A DNA stretch of 64,000 nucleotides from an uncultured Methanosarcinaceae archaeon (GTDB lineage Archaea; Halobacteriota; Methanosarcinia; Methanosarcinales; Methanosarcinaceae): NCBI GenBank assembly GCA_963733675.1, contig CAVTET010000001.1, forward strand, positions 544,001 through 608,000, in the 5' to 3' direction. Shown in pieces: positions 55,400 to 64,000 of the stretch (position 1 is its first letter; each line of letters begins with the position of its first letter). A program made the translations under genes and the position numbers. The notes beneath the pieces are model-generated. The model ran no database searches, was not told the origin of the DNA, and was given only the letters and a program-made list of their open reading frames with translations.

Positions 55400-56467
55400 A
55401 AAACTCTTACTTTTACGTTCTAAAAAAATGTTAAAGTTTCCAGTCAATAGAGATTTATTTGGTGAAATTGATTCCTTTTAATGGACTGGATATCTTTTTG
55501 TATACCGGATAGTCAATCTATTTTAACAGATACAGTCTTTAATAGACAAAATTTTGAAGTAATAATGATGCTTGTAATATTTGTTTTACAGAGAGAGCAT
55601 GATCTTTCAGACTTTAAACTTGAGAAACAATCTATTGATTGAATTTCTTTAAGAAAATTTCTTGATTTTCCTGAGTACATACCATACAGACCACGGTTTA
55701 GTAATTCAGGAAAAAATATTGATAACTGCAAAGAAAAAGAAATATGGAGACAGTTGCAAAGATAACTTAATTGCCTTAATTTGAAAAAAAATGTGACTGA
55801 TCCCGGAAGCTACCTTTGTCCATCCAGATGCTGGGCCTGCAAGCATGGATAAAAATCGAGAAACTAGGGCAAAAATAACATGGCAAGGTGGGATCTAGAT
55901 CAAAAAGAGTGTTAAGTCACATCTTGGACATAAACTTCATAGCATAATAAACAGGGATTATGAGCTGATCAGAAGCTTCAAACCAACAACTTCATAACTT
56001 CATGATTCTAAAGTAAATTTATCAGAAAAAAATTGAGTGATTTATAGAGACTGAGGATACTACGAGAAAAAAAATTAACAGTTTAAGATGTAAAAATTAA
56101 AAGAGCTTTAAAAGAAAATCCTCTGGGCATGAGTGATATATTATTAAACAAGAGGATCAGCTTAAAAGGATTCAAAGAAATGAGTTTATACCATAAATTG
56201 AAAGACATTCAAAGTGGAAAAATTCTTGTCACCATTGTTTAAAAAGTAAATCTAAAGATTTTGGATACAGTTTTTGTGATAATCTATATTAATTAATGAC
56301 ATGGAAAATAAATGGAATATTCTTTTAAGATAGTGTGAGCTATCTTTAATATCAAAGAATTATAAACTAGAAGAGGAACAATGAGATCAAATATCGAAAT
56401 TAGCTGGAAAGATTTGGACAGGATTCTCATGAAGAAAAAAAATAAGAAGTTAATCTGAATCCTCTAT
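55400..56467 (+). mobile_element. Decayed IS5-family element
   Basis: LSDFKLEKQSID.ISLRKFL, ATFVHPD, GHKLHSII, LHDSKVNLSE, IYRD.GY fragments. Confidence 0.7.
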
Positions 56468-57188
56468 GGAGGATTTCTCTAAACTTAAATTTTTGGCTTT
56501 TTATCTATAAAGCTCATATAAGCAATTTTTTGAATCGGAGTTTAATCGAGATTATCTTGAATTTATCTGTAAAATTCACAGAAAAATATTCCAAAAAACT
56601 TTATTGAATCAGTCACAAGATTCAGACATTGGTTATAAATATTTATATATAGTAATATAACTAAAGATAATCTGCTAAGAATTGGATTAAAAATTTTGAT
56701 AAAAAGATAAAATTATAATTAATTGATAAGTTGACAATAAATTGCAATCTTCTCCTAAATATCAAATGATTAATAAGGGAACGCCTTAGTTTCTTCTATT
56801 CTTGAATATTATTTTATAGTTTATGACCGTCATTTCTATATTTTCCAATTAATATACTTCAAATAGATCGGTAAATGGTTCATGAAGGGGTTCTCGATGC
56901 AGAACTTTCAGATGGGTACGAAATAAAGCTCTTATAAGAATATTCTATATTTTCAGCAGATATTGCAGGAAAAATGGGAATTCACAGACTATGCATTACA
57001 AATAAATCTTGAATTGGGAAATACTAGGTCAGAATGGGTATCTGAGCATCGATTGAATTTTCAGTCACTTAATTAAGTTCCCAGCTCGGCTATTGGGACA
57101 TGTGTTAAAATGTAAAATTAAGAGATATACAATGAAGATTTCATCCTAAATTTTGCCAGTAGATGATCTCTTTTTCCTTTAAAATCTT

Positions 57189-57953
57189 TTAATCCAGAAC
57201 TATCTTCAAAAGTGGACATTTTGTTGTACAGCTACCTTTTTTTAGATAATATCTTTTGGCATGCTCCACCATCAGGGCGTGGTACTCCTGATAAATCACC
57301 GGATTATGAGGCAAGCTTTCTTCAAAAAGTGTTTTTATTTCATCATAATTTGCTTTTTCATCAACAAGTTTGAGGTTTGTTACTATTCTTCTTGTATAGG
57401 CATCAACAACAAAAAAAGGCTGTTTGAAAGCGTACAGTAGGATCGAATCTGCAGTTTCGGGTCCTATTCCTTTTAAAGAAAGCAGTTCTTCGCGTGTTGG
57501 GATTCTAGACTTCAGTTCCCGAAACCAGATGGCAAGGGTCTTGAGGCGTATAGCCTTCTGGTTGTAATAGCCTGCTGGTTTGATTGCTTTTTTTAAAGCT
57601 TCCATGTTAAGGGGTATAATGATTTCAGGGGAGAGGGCATCCAGATGGTTCAGGTTTAAAAGAGTTTTTTCAACCTGAATCCAACTTGTATTTTGAGTAA
57701 GCAAGGCTCCAGCTATAATCTCAAATCGTTGATCACCTGTTTGTGGATAAGTATAGTTCCCAGGATGATATCCCTGAGTATACCTTTTTTCTGAATGTAT
57801 CCCCCAGTTAGTTTCATGGAGGTCTATTAAAGGCCACCAGCCCTGAGGGCCGTATGAGTCAAATAGGTGATCATAGATCATTCTGATAATATGCTCGATA
57901 CCTGGTTTTTCGAAATAGGTATTGTGAATATATTTTGCCATTTCAATCCTCAC
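57189..57953 (-). CDS. Endonuclease III-related HhH-GPD glycosylase
   Basis: YGPQGWWP, GALLTQNTSW, LKGIGPETADSILLYA, FVVDAYTRR. Confidence 0.9.
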   Translation of the reverse strand: MRIEMAKYIHNTYFEKPGIEHIIRMIYDHLFDSYGPQGWWPLIDLHETNWGIHSEKRYTQGYHPGNYTYPQTGDQRFEIIAGALLTQNTSWIQVEKTLLNLNHLDALSPEIIIPLNMEALKKAIKPAGYYNQKAIRLKTLAIWFRELKSRIPTREELLSLKGIGPETADSILLYAFKQPFFVVDAYTRRIVTNLKLVDEKANYDEIKTLFEESLPHNPVIYQEYHALMVEHAKRYYLKKGSCTTKCPLLKIVLD

Positions 57954-58329
57954 TGAAGTTTTGAGAAAATCTAAAATTTACCTCTCTGATTTGCAGAATT
58001 CCATGTAGCTACCTGAAAATGATGCTGTCTTTCTCAAATAGTGAGTATTCGCCTTCTATTTGTGGGAAACAGATATTTATACAAAAAATGTTTAATTATT
58101 TAAAATTATGATTGTAGAATCTAAAGCAATAAGGAGTTAAAACATTAAATATGAGATTAATGAGAAAATAAAATGGAATCGTAAAAAACTGATAAAGACC
58201 TATTATGAATTGTAAAACCTTAGTTTTGCGTAGTTTCATTGATTGTGACTATAGCTGCTCAAGGATGTTTCTCACAACCAGATAGTTCATAAACAAATAG
58301 TTCACAAACAAATAGTTCATAACCAAAGA

Positions 58330-58912
58330 GTATAAATGATAACAATATCGAGGATATCAAGGATATCAAAGGTTTCTGGACGAAAAATCTGAAAGTCCCA
58401 GGTGGAGTGGATAAGAATTTTGGTTAATATTTCCACTAAACCTGATGGTTCAACCGCTGCCTCAATGAACAGTCTTGATCAGGGAGTAAGTGGCATACCT
58501 GTGGAAACAGTTACTTATAAAGATGGCAACTTAGCCTTGAAGTAAAATCCATCATGGATATTTTTGAAGGGACAATTAAAGAAGGCTGTAAAACTATCGA
58601 AGGGAAAATGGAAACAGGCCGGGTCAATTTTTCTGCTCGTGTTTAACCGCATTGATAAATAACCTAATCTACGAGAGAGCAAGATCCTGTAAAACCTGAT
58701 CCCTATGCTGAAGAAGAAGTTGTTTATGGAAATAAAGAAACAGGTGTCAAGCTGGTAGGTACTTTAACTTTTCCAAGATCAGAAGGGCCGTTTCAGTTTT
58801 ATTGCTCATAACCGGTTCTGGCCAGCAAAACCGTGATGAAGAGATCTTAGGTCCCCCTCTATTCCTTTTACTTTCGGATGATCTGACACGGTGGGGGTAT
58901 TGCTGTGCTCGG
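58330..58912 (+). pseudogene. Alpha/beta-hydrolase N-terminal remnant
   Basis: PYAEEEV, KLVGTLTFP, LITGSGQQNRDEEI with frameshifts. Confidence 0.7.
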
Positions 58913-58914
58913 GT

Positions 58915-59291
58915 CTAGAAAAATTAGGTAGATTTGTTCAATTTTTGACCTATAAAGCAAAACTTGTAGGTAAAAGTGTAATAAAGAATTGACGAAAAAC
59001 ACATAACTAAAAAATGTTGTTATTGTGGGAAATTTCGTGATATGCCTTCTTGGAAGAGCGTTATGGTTTATGATTGCTGGAACAATATTGGTGGGGATCG
59101 AAATGGTTCTATCAATATTATGTTACGTTTCCTATTGCAAAATGCCTTGTAGACAGGCTATCAAAAATTTGTTGATAATCTTCGACAATATAGAATTTCC
59201 ACTGAATCTCAAATTTGATAACAGATGAAGGAATTCCTCGAAGGAAGCCCCTTCCTCGGAGGGTATAAACTTACAGGGAGGAGTCGTTCAT
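58915..59291 (+). mobile_element. tnpB 3' remnant plus IS200/IS605-type right end
   Basis: FLTYKAKLVG, KCCYCG, DRNGSINIMLRFL; then gaagccccttcctc...ggaggagtcgttca. Confidence 0.72.
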
Positions 59292-59553
59292 TTCATCGAT
59301 AAGGTACTAGCTTATTGAAGCTTCAGTAAGCAAATCTATCTTTACGCCAATAAAATCTAACTGTTCCCTCTCAATCCTGATAATGGTTAGCAGACTTTTC
59401 GTTTTGGAAAATGCTATAAGAATATCTATATCACTATCAGCTTTTCTTCTCCTCTTCATAAGAGCCAAAAATTGCTACTTTGTTTTTCCTTCTTTTTCAA
59501 GGAATTAAGATCTTTTTTCAAACAATTCTTTGTGCTGGGAAACATTCTCCATA
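59292..59553 (-). pseudogene. Minimal nucleotidyltransferase (MNT) remnant
   Basis: AIFGSY...DSDIDIL...GVKIDLLT with frameshifts. Confidence 0.7.
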
Positions 59554-59829
59554 TTGGTGTAATTTCATTTGTTATACTTTAAATGTATCCTGATTTAAAA
59601 AGCAGAAAAAGGATGGAGATGTATGACTCAAAAAGAAAAGTACTATGATGGCGGTCAAATGGTCCAAAATAGGTAAATGTACGCATATTATGTATAAGAA
59701 CATATACATAAAAAAACTATATCTGTCTATTTGATAATAATTATGTGGATGAATACTTTTATAACCATATTTAAAGATCAGTATAGCTAATGTTTAATCA
59801 AATATTATTCTAAAAAACGGAGATAATAA

Positions 59830-60921
59830 ATGCCAAATAAAATTAAGTTGTACTCAATGGTCCTAGTGTCAACAGCTATGATTTTAATGCTGGGGAGTAT
59901 AGCATATTCGGCTCCATTTACAGATATTTCGACGTGCAACAACACTGATGATGTAATTGATACCGTAGTCAACACTGTTGCAACCACGGTGAATGTAGGA
60001 AACGATCTTTGGAAAGTTGCCATCACTTCAGATGGGTCAAAAGTATATGTGACGACCGACGGCAACAAAAATGTATCTGTGATTGACACTACCAAAGACA
60101 CAGTTACAGCCATGTTAAATGCAGGAAACTATCCTATTGAATTTGCGCTCAGCCCAAGTGGAACAAGAGTATATTCAGCGAACAGATTAGACAAAAATGT
60201 ATCTGTAATTAACACAGGGAATAATAATGTTGTAGGCACAGTAGATTTAGGAGTGAATCCTTATGCTCTCGGGCAGTTTATAGGGAAATTAGTTCCTACG
60301 ATTTATTGGAATAATCCTGCTAATATAACCTACGGAACAGCATTGAACAAAACTCAACTAGATGCATATGTTTCAATAAATGGAAATTTTATATACACTC
60401 CACCCAATGGCACTGTATTGGGTGCAGGTCAGCAACAGATATTAAGTATCACTTTCACACCAAATGATACTGTCAACTATACTCAAACATATGCAACTGC
60501 TTTGATCAATGTAGCACAAGCGGCTCCAATAATTACCTGGAGTAATCCTGATGACATATTCTATGGGATACCAGTAAGCAGTGTTCAGCTAGATGCAAAT
60601 TCTTCAGTAAATGGAACATTTAGTTATAATCCTCCCTTAGGGACCGTATTGAGTGACGGTAATCAAACATTGCATGTTAATTTCATACCTGATGATGCTA
60701 TGAATTATACTACAGCATCAGCGAGTGTTACAATCAATGTACTGACCCCTGTGCAGAAAATTTATCAAATGATTACTTTTGTAGAAGGTTTAGTTACTTC
60801 AGATGAATTGAATCGTCAATCTGGCGTTGAATTGATCTATGAACTACATGATACAATTGGAGATCTGATTCAGAGGTATACAAATTTAGCGATTATTGAA
60901 ATTAAAAATTTTATTTACTAG
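59830..60921 (+). CDS. Surface protein: YVTN beta-propeller repeats + two Ig-like (MBG-like) repeats
   Basis: Signal peptide; DGSKVYVT, VSVIDT; two PTIYWNNPANITYGT..QLDA units. Confidence 0.82.
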   Translation: MPNKIKLYSMVLVSTAMILMLGSIAYSAPFTDISTCNNTDDVIDTVVNTVATTVNVGNDLWKVAITSDGSKVYVTTDGNKNVSVIDTTKDTVTAMLNAGNYPIEFALSPSGTRVYSANRLDKNVSVINTGNNNVVGTVDLGVNPYALGQFIGKLVPTIYWNNPANITYGTALNKTQLDAYVSINGNFIYTPPNGTVLGAGQQQILSITFTPNDTVNYTQTYATALINVAQAAPIITWSNPDDIFYGIPVSSVQLDANSSVNGTFSYNPPLGTVLSDGNQTLHVNFIPDDAMNYTTASASVTINVLTPVQKIYQMITFVEGLVTSDELNRQSGVELIYELHDTIGDLIQRYTNLAIIEIKNFIY

Positions 60922-61740
60922 ATATAAACTGAATCAATTTTGGGGTGCTTTCGCCAACAAAAAGCTAGGGGAAAGATAATCACTATGCTGAGATGTAATT
61001 TTGTTATAAATGGGGTTTTACACAAAAACTATGTATTTCTTTCGGTTTTTTTTCACATTAAATCAGCAATGTACCGAAAGTTCTGTAAAATCTGATTGAC
61101 TCTGTATCCTTTTTCTTTCAGCATAATAAAGGTGAGAAGTCAATTGTTAATATCAAAAAAGATCCGTCATGCGAGACATCTGCTGCATGGGCAATCTGCA
61201 AAAAGGAAATGTGTAATCATTACCCCAAGCGAAGAATATGAGTAAATGAAAATATTTGATTTTGAATAATTCCTTTATATTTAGAGCGCCATACACTTTG
61301 ATTTTGAAAAATGGAATATTTGTCGTCAGCTTTTCTTAAATATAAGTTCCGTATTTATTATTCTCTTTGTTTTATATTCATTGAATAATAATATATGGTT
61401 GATACAACTTGAAATCACTTTTCATTGGCATATCTAGCTTATTCCAAAATTGAGTGATTTTTAAATTTTTTGATTGAAAATCTGAACTCATAAAAAGAAT
61501 TCAGCCTCCGATCAAAATTAACATTCGATATTTAGAAGTCTCAATCCAGAAGTATAATTCGAGTGTTGGAGCAAATTTCAAAACCGAGTGATTTTAATTT
61601 TACGTCAATCACTAAATTTTGGTGCTGAGCAGGTATGTATATGAAATTAGAGAAGATTTTAATAAACTTCTGATTTTTCACTAGTTGTATGTAAACCAGT
61701 TATACACATGTGATAAAATTCGGTAGGTTATTGAAATTTC

Positions 61741-61794
61741 AGAACTTACACATTTAACAGCCCTTTTTTTGCTGTTCAACTACGTAAGTCCTAA
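61741..61794. repeat. Short hairpin with AGGACTTACG-type arms
   Basis: agaacttacacatttaacagc...gctgttcaactacgtaagtcct. Confidence 0.55.
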
Positions 61795-61840
61795 GCCGAT
61801 TTACATTGTATCAAATTGAATAAAGTGGGAGTGTAAACAA

Positions 61841-62182
61841 ATGTTGAAACTTGGAATGAAAAAGGTACTCACAGTTTTGCTGTCAGTCCTTTTTGTAGTA
61901 TCGTTGACTGCAGCGGCAGCAAGTGCACATGATGGTAATCGTGGTAATCGTGGTCACGGTGGCTTTGGTGACGGCTTTGGCTTTGGCGGCTATGGTATGG
62001 GCTGCGGCGGCTGTGGCGGCTTTGGCGGCTGTGGCGGCTTTGGCGGCTGTGGCGGCTTTGGCGGCTGTGGAGGATATGGAATGGGTTATGGAGGATATGG
62101 AATAGGTTGTGGATATCCTTGTGGACTTGGCATGAACTATCCTTTCTACCCTTACTACCCCCCAATTAATATTATACTCTAA
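61841..62182 (+). CDS. Secreted Gly/Cys/Tyr-rich low-complexity protein
   Basis: Signal peptide ending AAASA; (GGCGGF)n 18-bp repeats; YP-rich tail. Confidence 0.8.
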   Translation: MLKLGMKKVLTVLLSVLFVVSLTAAAASAHDGNRGNRGHGGFGDGFGFGGYGMGCGGCGGFGGCGGFGGCGGFGGCGGYGMGYGGYGIGCGYPCGLGMNYPFYPYYPPINIIL

Positions 62183-62946
62183 TTAATATATATTAGGGAA
62201 AATTCCGATATATATTTGCTTTAAACAACCAGCATAAATTATGATTTATCGGAATTTTCTATAGTTTTTTTGTTGCTTTATAACTCATTTTTGCTCTATA
62301 AATTGTTTTTATTGTTATTGCTAAGCCTTTTGCGATATCTGTACTGACATTATGTTTTGTAAGTCATCTATGTGAATATCACGAACATCAAAGGAAACAT
62401 TTATAGATATTTTTGTTTGATTTTTTTTATGGGTGTTATTGGCGATGAAATTTTCTATAGATTATTGGTAATAAGGTGGTGGTTTATGTGTTTGATGCCT
62501 ATTTTTTAAATAAAGAAAATCAGAGAAATATTTTTATAAAAATTGTGATATGACTAATTTAAAGTAAAGTAAAAACATTGCTGACTTCAGCTAAAACTGA
62601 TAAAAGAGGTGGATTTGTTATATAAAACTTGTGCATAGACAAAAATTGAAAAGTTCCTTTTCTGGTTGGATTAGATTTATAAGAGCCGTTTATTTGTGTT
62701 TTGCATTCGATTCGATTTCTTTTTTATGATCTCGGTATCTTTTTTTCTTTAATTTGTTATTAGTTTCAGTGTTTTTTCGGTTTCTTCTTTTTCCCTTTTC
62801 TCCCGTCCATCAGTAAAAACAGTGTCATCAGATGTTTTGTCAGTAATACTATTGGCTCTGCATCCTACTTTTTGCAGTGAAAGAAAAGGATAATGGAAAG
62901 GTCTTATTTTACAGAACTTCATCTACCCTGTTTCCACAAATCGGAT

Positions 62947-63260
62947 TTATTTCAGTCGAATACCCCGCAGCTTGCTGCGGGGATGGAAAACTTCCCCGAT
63001 AACCGTTGTTAAATAATAAATTTATATTTTTTGCTACATTTGTACTGTAAATGTAACTAAGACGTGCAAACCATTGTGTATATAAAATAAGATCTCACAT
63101 GGTTTTTTTGTTTGAAGTACCGTAAAAATCTTTTTTTAGGGACAGAACTCATCAACTTTTTGAAAAACGTATGCTTTGAAATTAGTGAAAGATACTATTT
63201 TGAGTTTGATGCAATTGGTAGTGATGGTGACCATGTACATCTTTTTGTTGGAGCTGAACT
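62947..63260 (+). mobile_element. IS200-type element, 5' half only
   Basis: Near-identical to 41326-41636; ends abruptly at ggagctgaac. Confidence 0.85.
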
Positions 63261-63309
63261 AACATAAATAACTGTATTGTTTATCTAGGATAAATTCTAT
63301 TAAGTTAGT

Positions 63310-64000
63310 ATGAGTAATTCGAAGATCTTAAATGATTACTTAAGGAAGTGCCAAGCAGATGGACTTACGGAAGAGACAATTGCAACTGCTGAATATACAC
63401 TTATAAAGTTCATATAATGGTGTGGAGATCGAGAATTAAAGGAGTTTACAACAGACGATGTTTACGATTATCTGGATTTTATAAATGCCTATACATACAT
63501 CAAAGCTGGTAAGGCCGTTAAATACTCACCTGGTACACAGCAACGAATTAGAACTGTTTTGAAAAAATTCTTGACCTTTATAAATCATGAACTAGGAGCC
63601 GTAATAAAGTTACGAACGCTAAAAAATGGGAAAATCCCCGAAGATATTTTGACTCGCGAAGAAATTGAAAAATTAATTGATTCATGTCGAAGTAACAGAG
63701 ATCGGGCTATAATTGCTACTTTTTATGAAAGCGGAGCTAGAAGGGGGGAATTACTAACAGTTCAACTTAAACATGTGACTTTTGACGAGAATGGGGCAAT
63801 CCTCAATATCCAAAAAGGGAAAACAGGAAGTCGACGCGTTAGGCTTGTATTAGCTTCATCTTACCTTAAACAGTGGATTGACACGCATCCATTAAAGAAT
63901 GATCTTGATGCTTACTTATTCTGTTCGACTAATTCTCCTTTTGGAGTTATCACATTTGTAGGACTTGCAGATCAACTACACAAAATAGCAAGTAGAGCAG
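63310..64000 (+). pseudogene. Tyrosine recombinase/integrase, in-frame TAA at 63415; runs off the window
   Basis: ILTREEIEKLI, RDRAIIATFYESGARRGELL, KGKTGSRRVRL. Confidence 0.88.

Noticed and set aside
1-64000. CRISPR array or cas genes
   Set aside because: No run of identical repeats with unique spacers; the 50194 repeat has only two long diverged units

Overview
AT-rich archaeal DNA, very likely a Methanosarcina-like methanogen (cofC/cofG/cofH/cofE, fpoO-like, MC1-like, afpA, PGF-CTERM surface protein, MEDS/PocR/PAS kinases). Intact core loci: tRNA-Gly(CCC), AK6-type kinase, the ferredoxin-desaturase-cofG-cofH-(decayed cofH)-cofC operon, cofE, DUF373, an HhH-GPD glycosylase and a box C/D sRNA. 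They are scattered among many pseudogenes and mobile debris: two IS6 copies, three 150-bp IS6-derived MITEs, IS200, IS5, ISH3-like, IS110 and TnpB remnants, a family-A DNA polymerase fragment and a tyrosine integrase. Highlights: (1) an intact, GC-rich, apparently foreign frhADGB hydrogenase operon in a decaying island; (2) a ~160-bp perfect inverted repeat with a 75-bp spacer upstream of a peroxiredoxin; (3) two inverted copies of a module (PKD protein + conserved leader + HTH/terminase-like + WWRFW coiled-coil) in which only the PKD gene survives; (4) single in-frame amber codons in both IS6 transposases and Hsp20; (5) a tandem ~77-nt putative ncRNA downstream of an IS110 remnant. All calls are by eye; no searches were run, and pseudogene boundaries are approximate.
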